Part shown: positions 35,041 to 58,916 of the stretch, piece by piece
Layout of the letters: each line of letters opens with the position of its first letter
Position numbering within the stretch: the first letter of the stretch is position 1
Source of the DNA: Paragordius varius
Taxonomy: Eukaryota; Animalia; Nematomorpha
Assembly: GCA_964247055.1 (NCBI GenBank)
Contig: OZ176051.1
Coordinates: 13,950,001 to 14,014,000 of the forward strand
Reading direction: 5' to 3'
DNA length: 64,000 nucleotides
Notes under the pieces: generated by a model
The model's database searches: none
The model's input: the letters and a program-made list of their open reading frames with translations, nothing else
What the model was told of the DNA's origin: nothing
Made by a program: the position numbers and the translations under genes

Positions 35041-37737
35041 TCAAGAATCTTTAGGGGAATGTGTTGTGTTTAGGGTTTTATTATTATTATTTGACGAAGT
35101 TTTAATCGTTAGTTTTTTCTTAAGGCTTTGTAGAGGTTGAAGACAGTCATCTTTATTTATTGCATTTGAATGTGTATCATTTTTTCGCAGAGTTGTTGTT
35201 TCGTTCGATAAAATTTTTTTATTTGGTTTATTATGTGTAATTTCATTTGTTTCCATTGTAGTAGGTAACAGAATATCCTTCCTGATATTATATGAAGTAT
35301 CTATGGTAACCGGGGGCCCATACAAAATCTGAGCCCTACGGATAAAAGCTCCTACCATTTTGCGTGAAACTTCATCAAAAAATAGGGTAGCCATTTGAGA
35401 ATGTAGAAGAGATCGGAATTCGAATGAAACCTATGCGGCACAACATATAACCAGATAAAATACAAATATTAATATGCTTGATTTTAATAGCAAAATACTA
35501 TAGTATACAATGCTTTTCAACAAAATATTAAAAAGGAATTGTGAATATATAAAGGCCTAAAATGTAAAAGACTTTTTTTGATCATTAATATAATTTTTTG
35601 GGTGCCTAACCAATTTACATCTCTTTTCCTACTTAATTGGCAACCGAATACCAAATGTTATATATATATCTTAAGCTTTTAAACTATTTGTTGCTATAAA
35701 AAAACTTTTTCTTACACACAAAAAAAGTTTATATATATAAAAAGGTTACGGAAAAATCGAGAAGGCATGTATTTGGTTGATGATTAAGAGTTGGGTGGAA
35801 ATTCCATAAAGCAATGAGATGATGGAATAAAGTTCCCTCCGTACAAACTGACTAATTAAAAAAATGTTATTATTAAGATAGAACGAAAACACATAAAAGG
35901 ATAAAGGTTAAGTTTTGTATAAAAACAAATTTTACAAATGATAGCCCAATTTGTCTCTAAATTTTTATATTTTTTTAAATTTGAAAAAAAAGAAATGTAA
36001 AACCACCTTGTTTAATATATTTCTCCAGACAATTAAGATATAAAATGATATCGTAATAATTTAAAATAAATATTATATAAAAACTTTCGATAACTAACAT
36101 CTTTACATTATTTGACCCAAGTTTATTCATACTTCATTACCTTTTCACGTTCGCCTAGCTTAATTTTTTCCAATGTTTTAAATCCCAGAGATCAATTTTG
36201 TAAATAAACTACAGTTTTGAAAGATATTTTATTAAAATATAATTATCAAACATCGTTTTCATGATTTTATTAGAAAGGGGTATTTTTTACAATTTATGAC
36301 TTTTAGAGCCTAAAATTGGGACAGCTCCAAAACCCAATTCGACAGACAGCTGATATTGTAAATCAAGTTTGCTAGTAAAATGTATCGTAAAATCTTTTAA
36401 AGTTAATTAATTACGTTTTCTATAACCATAATATACATGTATTTGCCTGTTGCATTAGCGATTTAAATTAAATATATAGCAAAAATTTATGAGGTTTTTC
36501 ACTATTTTACCTTTTTTGCAAAAAAAATTTTGTATAATGCGCCTAAAACACTAGAGAAAGCAAATTTTTAATTTCGACTCATTACCTTGATAAATTAAGA
36601 TATTAAAATTTAACAGCGCTCAGGGTATAAAACTAACCCAAAAGGTATTGGAGAGTAAAATGGCAAGGGCCTAACATTAACATATATTACATTTGACTCA
36701 AAATAAAACTTAATACAATTTTAAAAAAATTCTACAAAAAATCATAGGTATAAAAATAAAGAAATTTTGTGTAGTATAAATCTTTTGTAAATTTATTGCC
36801 AATTGATATATAGCATTGAATGAATTAGGTAATTAAAATTGCTTATAGAGACATGGAGTTGATTTAAATCACAAAAAACAATGTTGGGTATATCAAAATT
36901 AATCTACTAAGATTAGAATAATAGTATCATAGTCTGCGCACACTAGTTAATAATATATACATTTTATTCAGTTAAAAAGCACATTTTTTATAACCACTAT
37001 ATGTCCTGCCATACTATATGATACAAAAACATGGCCTCTATGTCTAAATCTAATCTACTATAACTGCAAAAGGCTATCCTTTTCGCACATAACCCTAATT
37101 TCCAATTCAAATTTTGCCTCTATCAAACTCTAAAAATTAAAACAATTAATACAGCTATCCGCGAATACCTTTGCGTTGGGCTGGTCACATCCACAGAGCC
37201 CAAGCAAACTGGATATACAATCATATTCAACTAATTACAAAAAAGTAGACGTTATAAAACCTGACAATCCACTATACAAGAAGACCTAATTAATTTTCTC
37301 AATATTAAAATCAAAAAAGCAGAAAACAGAAAGAAATGGAATACAACACGCTTACCTTATTTGGAGAAAATAGCGTATAAAGGTGATGGCTTTATAAAAA
37401 AATATAAAATTAATCATCATTACCTTAATAAAAGTGGGACGTTTAAGTGTTACTGCTGAAACATATCGTTCGACCAGGGGTGGAAATCCGATTTCCAGTT
37501 TATAATGCTTGAGATGATGGGAAGCGATTCGGACAAGTTGAGATTTTTTACACCATGGGACAAAGTCTGGATAATTTTCTACGTCAGATACAACATCAAA
37601 CATTTGTTCCATAGAATATCTAAAAAAAATTATCATAGGAGGTATTACCCTAAAATTTTGGATTCGGAATAATCCTTTGTCCTAGACGCAAAAGCGCCGA
37701 AATTAAAAAATCTTTTCGACGACTGGCTCAAAAACAT
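35041..37737 (-). CDS. COQ10: Coenzyme Q-binding protein COQ10 (START domain)
   Basis: Exons 37737-37649, 37619-37424, 35851-35750, 35430-35041. Motifs [75 protein letters not shown]. Confidence 0.95.
36975..37330 (+). pseudogene. RTE-type LINE 3' relic in COQ10 intron 2
   Basis: [12 protein letters not shown] (cf. LPVLLYG.ETW) and LRWAGHIHR (cf. LRWAGHVAR); frameshifted. Confidence 0.7.
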
Positions 37738-38426
37738 ATAAAACCAAACACTTATTTGTCGCTATGCTGTTCCATATCCATAAGTTTTTAAGTGGAATGA
37801 AAAACGTTATAATTAACTATAATTACGATATTGCTATTTCGTAAATGGCGTTATATGGAATTCAAAACTAAATTTTATGTAGTTGCTTTGGGTTACATTG
37901 CGTCAAGATAGGTGCAACATATTCTGATTAATTATATAATATGATTAAATGTATCAGGATCATCATTGTGCTCTTGATTTACTGGAGTACAAATATAAAA
38001 AGTTATCTGAAAAAATCATAAAATTAGAACCATTATTTGATACAATTTTTTTTTGGCAAAAACAGGATGCTTAATACAAAAAGATCTTTTAAGTATAGTA
38101 TATAGATACTATATTTAAATATTAAAACATTATTATTATATGAGTGTAATTTGTAGATGAGGTCTCCGACATTCCTAACCAGGTATCTTACTTAAGCGTT
38201 TTTTTTAAAAAAATTATCTCAAACTTTTTCGTTTTAAATTTTATAAATTGTGAACAGAGGAGTTAATGTATATACGAATTGAAAAATATAAATAAATAAT
38301 GTTAGCTTAAATTATATTTACCAGCAAATTTTTAATTATTGATTTTATTATCAGCTGCCGTTTTTAATAATGTTTTGGGCCTATGTGAATTTTGGACTCC
38401 AGAAGTAAAAAACTGTTTCGGAATTA

Positions 38427-39520
38427 ACACTTCGATTTATTTGGGGTACCTAAATACCCCAGACAATATTTAACTTGATATTTTTACAAAACTACCGAAA
38501 GAAACGGTTCAATTTAAATTAATACTTTAATCCTAATAGAAATTATCTAAATAAGCCAAAATATATAAATTAAATTTAGTTATGGAAAAGTTCCGTAAAT
38601 TACTTTGACACCATTTTTATTTTACAACATTTTTTCAAAATTACATTTTTATTTGTTGCTAAGCCTAAAAATTTGACCCTTTTATTTAATTAGAAAGAAG
38701 TTTTAATTATATTTTAACCAAAACAATGTTCAATAGTTTGTTTAGTAATTTAAGCGCTGGTGTCAAAAACCACCCAAAAATGTCAACACTCACAAAAAAA
38801 TAAATGGAGTATTAAAATAAGCGGAAAAATTTAAAGAAGCGATTTATTTTTTTAATATATGCTGGATGGCATAAAAAAGAATATTTTTGAAAAAATGCAT
38901 ACTTTGTTAAACATACCATTGTCTTTTGGGAGAGCAATCTGAAATTTTATATTATAAAGTAAACTAAGGTATTAGGTCATTTTAGCTTTCTCCCTTTTAA
39001 GAGCATGATACAGAATATTTTTTTTGAAATTTATAATTGTAAAAAATCATCATCTCAAACCTTTTTGCCGCCTATTTTGTATAACTTTTTTTAAATTCCA
39101 TATGCAAAGGAAGATCAATGTATTAGAGTTTAATATTTATAGCCATGTAAAAATAATTCAAATTAGCCATAATATATAAATAATTAAAGTTTTGACAAAA
39201 AAGAATTATATATACCTAAATACATTCTAACATTAAAATAAGGTTAATACTTTACAATCACACATAACGACAGATAAATGGTTTAATTCACATTATTAAT
39301 TAATAAATGCACACATGTCATGTTGTCTACATTTTTCTCTTCAGATTTACCCCTAATATAAGATAAGTCATTTTAAATGAATATTTTTTTATATTTCGGT
39401 GTTTCAAATAGTTTCAATACATTATATATTTTTTTAAAATATTTGATTTTTAACAGACCTGAGGTCGACAACTACCCCAATTCTTACCCAAAGGAATGTA
39501 AAGAATTGTATATTCTAAAA
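38427..39520. mobile_element. Diverged copy of the piggyBac-type element
   Basis: ttaa|cacttcgatttatttggggtacctaaataccccag left end; blocks homologous to 13525-14100; a further fragment lies at about 52370-52600. Confidence 0.6.
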
Positions 39521-39697
39521 TACTATAATTTTTTTATTTCGTTGGATTAATTTTGAGAGGACTCTATAGATTTTGCACAAAATTCAATGAATATAAAATC
39601 TTAGATGTTTAGGCTTGTGTGCCCATTTCCATTAGATTTATTTTATAAATTTGGTGCAGAAAAGTAAAATAGCATATGTTTAAATAATAATCAGATT

Positions 39698-40851
39698 TTA
39701 TTGTGATAATATGGTGGTGATATTAAAATTTTTAATAGGTGGCATTTCTTCATTCGATAGGGATTTGTGTTGTGCGTTATATGTTAAAAATCTTGGATTG
39801 CTAATCATTTTCTTAAGTATGGGTCGTCCATCATCTAAATTTGTAATAATAAATAAACATGGTAACCGTATAAATGCAATTGTTAATTATTTTTTATCTT
39901 TAAGAATAAAATTTAGCCAAGATTTTTTTATAACCAAGGACAACCGTAATTAATACTTATTATAAGCAATAAGTTATTAAAAAAAATGATAATTAAAAAA
40001 GTGGAGTGTCTTTGAAGAAAAATACGAGTCTTTATGTTTTTTTACGTTTTGTCTATATAATTTTAGGTTTTTTAGTGTAATTTTTTTTGGAAAATTTTAA
40101 GCATTCCATGCCATTTTTTAAACTTATATTCACATATTATTCGCAAAAAATAATGAAAATAAAATATACTTTTACCTGGCGTATCGAAAACATACACTGT
40201 ACCTTGATCGACTGGCTGGATAGCTGATTTATTAAGGGTCCAGAAATGACTCCCTTTACCACATTGACTTCGGCCCATTTTTATGAATTTTGGATTTAGA
40301 GATAAGTTGTGCCTTATGCTGTTACGCCATCCCTTTTCCCGTATGTTACATACCTGAGGATACTTGGTTAGAACATAGGTATATATATCTTGAAGGATTA
40401 GCTTTTGATTGGGTGAACATGTAATAGCTTCATAAATTAAATCAACGTAATTGAGATTGGGGGGAGTTGGAGAGTTGTTTAAAGATGTTAAATTTGCAAT
40501 ATTATCCTTACCAATTTTTCTCTTGATTATCGTATATTTCGGTTTTCTTAGAGTTATTCTATCATATTGAATACTATGTGGTTGAACAAATAACTTTATA
40601 TCGAAATTCAATGATTCCATAATATCTGCCATCCGCTTACAATGCGGTAATAAAGGATGACGCACTTCTATTGGACATGTTGTATTTAAATGTTTATAAA
40701 TGTGTTGTATTGGCATATTATTACTATTCATGGAATAGTTATTCCATATTGAATTATAAAGGTGCATATTTTTCCAAAAATTCGTATAATATCTTTGAAA
40801 CAATCTATAATTATACAAATCATTAGTTTGATCAAAATTTGAGATATTCAT
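39698..40851 (-). CDS. FOXQ2: Forkhead transcription factor, FoxQ2-like (270 aa)
   Basis: Exon 1 40851-40176 contains the forkhead domain (KLILQDIY..WRNSIRHNLSLNPKFIKMGRSQCGKG..W; the WRNS..FIK.GRS..GKG pattern is FoxQ2-type). Phase-1 exon 2 39834-39698 ends FNITTILSQ*, an eh1-like motif. Confidence 0.8.
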
Positions 40852-41074
40852 TGTTATGGCGAAATAATGTTTTTATTATTAAAACCTGAAAATTTATAAT
40901 TTTTCAAACCTTCATATAACATAACATATCTTCTGCTGAAAGACCTGAGGTTTTTTTCATATTTGGCACTCGTAGTGCGATATCTAATTTTATTATTTTC
41001 CTTGCACCAAAAACATTAATTAAATTACTTAAGTAATAAAATAAATATTTAAATAGATATAGATAATATATATA

Positions 41075-41223
41075 CAGTAGCGTATGGCATAAAACAATAT
41101 TAGTCCATAAAAAAATAAAAAAATATATTTTTTAATTATGGATATGGTATATACAACTAGGCTGGTTTTTTATCATTTTTTATTATCTTATGGACTAATG
41201 ATGTTTTATGCCATATGCCACTG
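41075..41223. mobile_element. Palindromic MITE family D (TA|CAGTAGCGTATGGCATAAA)
   Basis: Inverted arms with TA flanks; second copy at 43185-43348. Confidence 0.8.
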
Positions 41224-41808
41224 TATATATTGGAGTGTTTTGTCAAGTGCACACTCTCTTCAAACACAATCTTAATATATAATTTTTTGTATAAACAAAT
41301 AAAGTTTTTATCACTTACCTTAGATAAGAGGATATATATGATAAAACATAATATTAGTATTAATTAAATGATTGTATTACAGAATTATCAGATTCATTTT
41401 AATTGTTTTATTTAAACAGGGGAACTTATGCTGTACATAGGAGCTGATATTTAAATTTGAATACAATAACATATAGTATTACAAAATAAGTTTGTCCATA
41501 GTTAAATTACAAACAAAATTAAAGTTTTAAAAGGAAAATAAATTGTTTCAATTCAACCATTTGCTGCTTTTTACCATATGCTACCGTATCTCTATTATAA
41601 TAGTATATAATAGATGATGATAAGTTAAAATTTTGTTTTAAAAAAAGTTCTGCAAAATAAAAATTAAAATCACCACATAATAAATTTAATGAACATATGA
41701 GAGCCAATTATAGATTTTCATTTTTACTAAATGATATGTCTGACTGTTATTTGAATTCAATGATTCAAGGTCATCTTCGAATCCTTTGCATGTAAATGAT
41801 TGAAACTA

Positions 41809-41971
41809 CAGTATGCGTAAGTATTATACATTGCTAAAAGGTTGTTAATTATTGCCAAATAAGATATACACAAAGGGCAGTTATTAACCGATAGATATTT
41901 TTCATATTTTACTAATATTAGCCACATTGCCGCATATGCTATTTGGCAATAATTACTAAAATAAATAACTG
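41809..41971. mobile_element. MITE family A copy, internally deleted
   Basis: ta|cagtatgcgtaagtattatacattgcta left arm; partial right arm. Confidence 0.6.
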
Positions 41972-43038
41972 TATTTATTGTTATATCTAGATAAACTAAT
42001 TATGTTTTACATTAAGCTAATAATTTACAGTTTAGAGATGTAAAGCTTTAAACCAATTATGCAAATGGAGAAAAAAACAACGAAGAATGGTTGATTACAC
42101 CCGACGTATGGGTCCACCAAAAACTTAGATTTTTATTAGGTTTCAATTCGGTTCATTTAAAATTATTTGTTAATTGTTTTACCCTATTTTTATTATGATT
42201 GGATGATTCTATCTCTCAAAACTATCACCCCTGTAAAAATGCAATGCAGAAGCGTGGCTTGCATTTCTGGCGCCCTTTCCCCTCCCTTAAACCCTTGTAT
42301 TTTAACAAAATAATTAAATAAACCGTGGTCTTGACACTCATAAATGGTCATGATTTTTTTTATGTAACATTTTAAATTATAACTTTTAAATCCTATTTTT
42401 TTGTGAAATGAAATGTAAAAAAAAGTTAAAATCCGGCGCCCTTTCAACCATTGCGCGGAACCGCCCCCCGCTTCTGCCCCCCGGCTACGCCTCGTGGCTA
42501 TTTTATCAAAATTTCCCGACAGAAAATATTTCGTAAAGGCGTGTAATCCTTATTTTTGCGTGAAATGAAATATATATGTGTCATTGAAAATTAAATAAAA
42601 TACAAGGAAGAATATTTTGTAATTCACAACAATCTTCTTTGAATACTTTGCATCTTAAAGTAATTTAATCTGTTAGTCATAGTACATTTAACCGGAGTTT
42701 ATTCAGCGCGTCATTTTAATGTGGTGTTAACGTAAAAAACATTTTTTGCAATATATACAATTATTCAACATGACAAAACTAATTTTTTAAAAAATTGTGG
42801 TGTAAGAAAATAGCGGATAGCCTAGAGATAAATGTAGTACGAAAAACATAACATATATCTCTCAGGCATTACATGCGTTTGTGTACATACGCGCGCAAAA
42901 ATAGCTATCACTGTTTTGTCACCACCATAAAGCAAGACACAACCAGTTTCATTATTTACTTTTTCCATAAAAAATCTTTTATATCATATTTGTTTCAATT
43001 TCATTTTTTAATATGGAATTTTATTGAAAATGAAATAA

Positions 43039-52080
<9,042 letters not shown>

Positions 52081-54267
52081 CAATATTATTACATGCTTTT
52101 CTATTCCCTACATATCTTAGCCAAATTATTTATTCGATTCTCGTCAAAATATTCATAGACATATCAGTTAACGCCTAGAACGAATTGGAGTTAAGTGATC
52201 CCAAACCATATATAAATAAATATTATTAAAATAAAAGGAAACGTTTTAATTAATTTTGTGCTTCTCAAAAAAACTCCATAACAAATTGCTTCGAGCCATA
52301 TTTATACAATATTTTTGTTGATATTTTATATCAAAATCATATCTAACATTAATATTTTTTTTATTTAAATGCGCGCATGTCATGTTGGCTAAATTTTTAT
52401 TTACACATTTAATTATAATATATAGGTTTTTTGATGAATCCTATTTTATATTTCGGTGCATCATTGTTATAGTGCAAGATTTCGCAATGCTTTCTATTCG
52501 TTCAATATTTTTGGAAATTTAATTTTTAAACAGGCCTGGGGTCATACTTTGAATCAAAGAACTGAAAGTGTGTTGTATTCAAGTGTTAACTAACGATTTA
52601 TTGTAATATAAATATTTTCAAATATGTTCTATTAAATATTACTTTTAGAATACGCAAAAAGTGGAAAAGTCGGGTGGTAAATAAGAGATATATGCCTAAT
52701 TATTATTATATCGTTAAACGTATATCTAAAAAATTCGTAAAGTTTTTTGGGTGTGAATGCATCTTTAATTTTATAACGAGCACATCTTTTTCAATGATGT
52801 AAAATTTCGACTTAACCACAAAAATACTTATTCAAAAATTTGGGGTCAAATGTTTTGGTTATTTGATAATTTTATACCATTTAAAAGATAGCTCAATTTT
52901 TACCTTATAAATGTTAAAAATATTCGCTAATCAATGTAAACGCGGTAGAGGGCCTCTCACTGAATTCCAAATCAACACTTTTTCACCAAAAACACATTTT
53001 TTAATTTTGTAGTCAAATTTAATTTTATCTTACATAAGGGAACAAAATATTTTTTTTTCATGAGATAGCTTATGACCAAGCTTAGCCGTAAAAATTTTTA
53101 TTTGCTTATGACCTAGTTTTTGAAATATTGAGAGAAAATTGAAATCGGAAGTGAAAATAAGGTTAATCAAGGATAATTCAAAAAAATGATAAAGGTTGAG
53201 ATATTATGGTTTATTATCAAAGATATTTTCAATATATAATTAACCTAAAATTATATAGTTAGAGTTTCTATAAAATCTCAATTCCATAAATGGCGTTTTT
53301 CTTTTACACACATAAAAGACAAATTATTTATGAAACTCTATTTAAATATTATTTTTAATGCTAAACTCACTATTAAATTCTTAACATTCATATTTTATTC
53401 AGAAAAAACTTATAATATCAAACTAAAACCTAAAAATATTGTTTTTAGTTTTTCTATTTTTTAATCTGGTATATTACGGTATAAAAAATTAACTGTTTTA
53501 TTTTGGAATTTCACATGAGCGTTAATTAAAAAGATATAAATATTACAAAATGAAATTTACAGCCAAAAATCAACTCCTATCCCTAAAAATTATTAATTTG
53601 TGTTAAAACTAACTTATTACAGGAATCGTAAGGATTGTTGGTTGTTTTACTACTTTAAAATTCTATTTTGTATAAATTATATACTTGATAATTCCCACTC
53701 TAAAATTCTAAAATAAAACATTATAAATATTTTATACACATAAACCAAAAAATGAAGAAAGAAACAATATTTTGTTGATATATATTTTTTATTGAATAAA
53801 ATATGAATGTTAAGATTGTAATAGTGAGTATAGGTTGTAAAAAATTAAAGAAAATTATTTTAATATAGTTTCATAAATTTTTTTGTCTTTTAAGTGTGTT
53901 AGGCTATATGCAATTATAAAATATCTCCTTAAATGATAATAAACCATGATATCACATCTTTTCTTATTATTTGTCGAATTATCTTAATTATCCTTAATTT
54001 TTACTTTATGCCCGATTTCGATTTTCTCTTAAATTTCAAAAACTAGGTCGTAAAACAATACCCTGGTCATAAGTTTTCTCATGAAAAAAAATGTTTAAAA
54101 AAATTAACCCTCTTTTGTGCACACAGTGTATCACAAACCAAATTGGCGTTAATATATGATAAAATACAATTATCGTAAAATTATGGTTATTTTGGTTATG
54201 AGCTTGCGAGTATTTAAGAAAATTTTTACTTTTGTGCGCCATATGAAAAAATTGTGAAATTTGCGCA

Positions 54268-54307
<40 letters not shown>

Positions 54308-54308
54308 T

Positions 54309-55276
54309 CAGTGGCGTACCGACGGGGGGGGGGGGGGGGGGGAGGGGAAAGGGGTGCATCATGCCCCGGCGCCGTTATTTAGGGTCGCCTAAATGATTTT
54401 TTTTAATTAAATTTAAATTATGTAAAAATAATAACAACTTTCAAGTATTTTTTCAGCAATTTATGTAATATCCCTAAAATAATATAAAAATTATATAAAT
54501 GAGATCAAGAGCAAAGATTATGCAAAAAAACAACTTTCATGTAGGTATTCTCTTCAACATGTATAAATTTATTTTTTCGCTTAAAAAACGTTTCTTTATC
54601 ATGCACATATTGTTAGTTCTTTTATTGCCTTTAATTAAATTATTTTAATCTCTCTCTCTATCTCTCTCTCTCTCTCTCTATTTTAAACCTTACCTCTTAT
54701 TATTATTTGAAATTGCATTATTTTAATCATATTTAATTTCAAAACCCAATTTATATTTTAATCCCCAAAATCATCCCATCAATAAATTAGATTCTTATTA
54801 TTATTTATATAGCCTTGTATTTTTATAATTATTTTCATTTTCATCAGATATTGCCTAAACTCAGCATAGGAAACGAAAAATTCAGGAAGATAAAACAAAT
54901 AAAATGCGAATGATATAACGAAAATATCTCACCAACATTGAAAAAGTGTATGCGACACAAACACAACGGTACCCTTTAATAATAACTTAAATACACTTGG
55001 AACCCTAGTTATTGACCCAATAAATAGAGATGAGAAAAACTACAAATATATCATTAGTAATTCGAAGCGCTATACCTATATAGTTTAATGATGTCGCCTT
55101 TTTAATATATATATATATATATATGTTTAATAGATTTAAAATTTATATGACTGTGATGTCTTATGGTGCTTAGGTTGCAATGATTTTTTTACTTAATTGT
55201 TTTGTTGGTTTCAAAAAGAGGAGGGGGGCGCCATAGTTTTATGCCCCGGGCGCCGCAAATGCTTGGTGCGCCACTT
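54309..55276. mobile_element. hAT MITE (CAGTGGCG termini) with poly-G and (TC)n tracts
   Basis: Termini cagtggcgtac / gtgcgccactt; perfect 8-bp TSD tatatcat. Confidence 0.85.
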
Positions 55277-56862
55277 TATATCATATACAATATATAAAAA
55301 GCGAAATAAAAAGATTTTATCCCCCTATGGGTTACCCGAGATTTCGCGATATGAATAAATTTTTTTTAGAAAAAGCATACTTTAAAAATTTTGTTTTTAC
55401 GAAAATGAATAACCGCATTTTATTTATTTTGGAACATGGTTGAAACATTACAAAACTCATTTATTTACAAATGACCCATTTTCTATACAGTTTTATGAGG
55501 TTTAACATTTCTATCACCTCAGAATTTGGATTAAATTATGATTTTTCTCACTCATTATTTTTATAAACGGTCTCAGCCACGGTGTCAGGAATGCATTCTA
55601 ATGCTGTTAGACTCAACCCCAATTATATAATAGAGAGTCAGTTCTTGTGATTTCAAATGACTCAAAGCTTGTATCCTTGATACATCATTAGAAGTTATAT
55701 ATTTCTCAAAATTTTGGGAAATGACATTAAAAATAATTACCACATTTGCGTAAGGAGACAAAACTGGATGAATCCTGACATAAACACATATAAATTTTTT
55801 TTAGATTTAGTTTAGCTCGCAAAAACCTAAACTATTTTGGAATTAATGTAAAAAATAAAAAGGAGAATCCGACATATTCAAAATTAATGCTGAAATGTTT
55901 GAGGTTTTAATCGAGGTATTAATCGATTAAACGTAAATATGTTTTCATGTGATTAAGTCATTTAATAATTACGCAATTTTGGAGTTAAAAATAAAACATT
56001 ACAATATTGTACAAAAAGCTAATATCCTAATGATCATAATTATTTTATATTTTGATATTAAATATAAAAAAACCGTTTTTATTGACTGAGAAAATGCTTT
56101 TCTTGAATTGGAAAATTTTTCAATTGTTTGGGAAAGCGTTTTAATTGGCTGGAAAAATGTTTTTTTAGGCTGGGAAATGGTTTACTATTAGAGGCTATAT
56201 GTAAAAATAAATGTTTACTTTACTAAATAAATATTAACATTATATGTTTATATAAATGATAACCTTGGATATGGTAGATTTGCAATAATTTGATATCCTT
56301 TGCACCTCCTTTTAAACTTTTGAGTTTGACGATCTAACCAAAAATGCACATCGCAACTTTGTTTAAATACCACCTTCCAGCTGACACGTTTCACGAGTTG
56401 CTTTTAACCCTTTAGAAAATTAACATAGATTTGCTGGATTTTTTTATCATTTGTTAAAATTTGTGTCGTTTAACCTAAAGCCGTTAAAGGGGAACAGATT
56501 TACATGGATCGTCAAAATCAGCTTTGGATAAGCTAATGTTGCAAATAATAATGTTGTCACCCAAAGGCTCGAAAGAAGCTTATGATATCGTTATTATAAT
56601 TATGTTTCTCGTAATTAGCCCGATATGACAAATGTATAGAGTATAATTCCTCGATATTTTAAATTAAAGTTAATTTGAAAATGTCCAATTATTAATTTGT
56701 CATCAGGGCAAAATAAAATCAAAGAAATAGTAATTTATTTAAACAAATATCAAAAGCACCAATATATACTTTAGCGAAATTATAATAGTGCGTATGCGAA
56801 AGAAAATAAAAATCAAAACCTAATTTGTCTGATCTCTCTGTGCTAATATATACTCATTTTTA

Positions 56863-57038
56863 CAGCATGAGTAAATATTGCAAGTTTATCATTAATTAAT
56901 GCCAGACAGCCTAAAAAATAAAGGACAACATAATTGGCCGATAGTTATATATTTCGTTTTTACTGCTATATTAACTAATATAATATTCCGTCTGGCAATA
57001 TTGAATAAGAAACTAGCAATGTATATTTACTCACACTG
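56863..57038. mobile_element. MITE family A copy
   Basis: ta|cagcatgagtaaatattgc / gcaatgtatatttactcacactg. Confidence 0.65.
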
Positions 57039-57119
57039 TTTCTAAACGCATATATGTATCATTTTCATCAACTACGGATCAAACAGGTATAAACACTACC
57101 TACACAAAATTGTATAACA

Positions 57120-57644
57120 CAAGCCGTAAGGGAACCGGAATCCGGTTCCTAGGATTTTAACAAGAACCGGTTCATTGGGATCGAACCAACCCGGTTCCAT
57201 CTTCTTAATTACTGGTTCCCATATGATTTTTATTATAATAATTTTATTTTAATATTTCAGACCTGAGAAGCAGTTTGACCAGCGAATTGCTTGGTGCAAT
57301 AATTTTTTAAAATTGAACAAACAATTTTTTAGATGTCATACTTATTCTCATGTTATACCTTTGTTATACATTTTCCTATTATATTTTTTTAATTAGTTTC
57401 ATTCATTATGCTACATTATATTACTTTCAATATACATTTTGCAATTTGTAATAACTTGTTTGATTGATAATAATTTTGCAATAAATTTTTTTAATCAAAA
57501 GTCAAGAACCGAAAATAGAACCGGTTCTAAATGCAAATAACCGGTTCCGAAACCGCTAAATTTTTAAGGAACCGACGCGGTTCCAGTTTCATTTGTTCAG
57601 AAACCGACCGGTTCAATTTTTTTTTGAACCGGTTCCAAGCCCTG
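57120..57644. mobile_element. hAT-like MITE rich in GAACCGGTTC palindromes
   Basis: Right terminus gaaccggttccaagccctg; many gaaccgg/ccggttc subterminal repeats; left end and TSD degenerate. Confidence 0.55.
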
Positions 57645-57914
57645 TTTTTTACTTCAATAATTTGTCTTAAATTTTTTTTAATTTAAGGCAATATATATAT
57701 ATATATATATATATATTGAATGAATTATTAAAATTAAATTTTTTAAAGTGACATACCTGCATTAGTAATGGCTTCTCCTAAATTATTTATCTTTAATTTT
57801 AAAAAGATTAGCTTCTGTGAATCGGTTCAAAACGGTCTTAAAAATATATTCAAGTTTTCTTTTTTTTTTTAATTAAACGTTAGCAATGTGCCAAGGATAT
57901 TCATATATCAACCA

Positions 57915-58010
57915 AAAGGCCGAACTAACAGTTATGATGGAAAAATTGCGTTGTTTCTGAGTTCAACCCAACTATTCAAAATGTAAGAGTCTGGAGCCCT
58001 GCAATTTTAT
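57915..58010 (-). mobile_element. Fragment of the tRNA-derived SINE family
   Basis: Shares acagt.atgatggaaaaattgcgt.gtttc.g.gtt with 60236-60272; B-box-like gggttgaactc on the minus strand. Confidence 0.5.
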
Positions 58011-58916
58011 AAAAATCATTTAATATCACAAAAAATGCAATAATAAAAACAATAAAAAAATTAGAACAAAAATATTTGGGCTAAAGGCGTCATTTATTGT
58101 ACTATTCTCCTAAAATAATATAAATTCTTTATCGTTATGCTGGCTTATTCACATTATTGATGGCCAATTTGATAGAGTCGCATGTGTTGAACCTCAATTT
58201 TTGTCCATAAATAGAAAAAATGTTTTATTGTAACATATCGTTGTTTTTACCCATATACTAATGTTGACCAACTATAAAGTGAATAAGCCAGCATAAATGT
58301 TCATACTGTGTATTCTAAAAATAATAATATGCAATATAGAAAATTGAGTTTTTCATGGTGTTAACGATGGTTAAAAATTATTTGAGCCGTATGGTATTAA
58401 ATAGTAAAAGCTAAATTATAATTCTTAAACCAATATATTAAATTTATTGAAACATTGCAATCGGAATAAAATAATAGGGGTTAAAACTTTGAAAATTTAT
58501 TTATTATCTCGGAGAGTGCTTTAACACTTGCATCATTTAACAATTTACATCAATTTAATATACGTATATAATTATATATTTTTTCTGCTTAGCCAGCGTT
58601 GCTTAAAACGAATTTTAATTACGTTCGATAAAATTTTTGCCTTACTCCCCTATATCCGTATATCTCCCTAAAACATATTCAAATATTATATATCTCTCAA
58701 ACGTAAGTCTATTTATTAAATAAATAAACATACATAATTTTTTTTCCATCATAACAAGCGAATTTTTTATTAAGATGTTTGTTTGATTATTATTATCGTT
58801 TCCTGTAAAAATAAGACTGTTTGCGCATTTTTCGGGTTAAAATTTTACATCAGTTATAAAAGGGTTGTTTTTTTAACATTATTTTATTTTTTACATTTCA
58901 TATGCAAAAATTTAAT

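Noticed and set aside
35750-35851. Plus-strand WNKVP motif suggesting a CR1/L2 LINE end
   Set aside because: The minus strand is COQ10 exon 3 with perfect phase and homology.
41519-41707. ORF with LLCGDFN, a LINE endonuclease-like motif
   Set aside because: Single short motif in AT-rich sequence with no supporting neighbours.
54036-54362. 108-aa ORF with poly-Pro and YIYI runs
   Set aside because: Artefact of the poly-G tract of the hAT MITE end plus a (TA)n microsatellite.
56270-56600. GC-richer patch possibly from a transposase or integrase
   Set aside because: No frame gave a convincing motif.
57928-57962. ATGATG..CTGA resembling snoRNA C/D boxes
   Set aside because: Spacing is too short, and the sequence is explained as the antisense of the SINE core.
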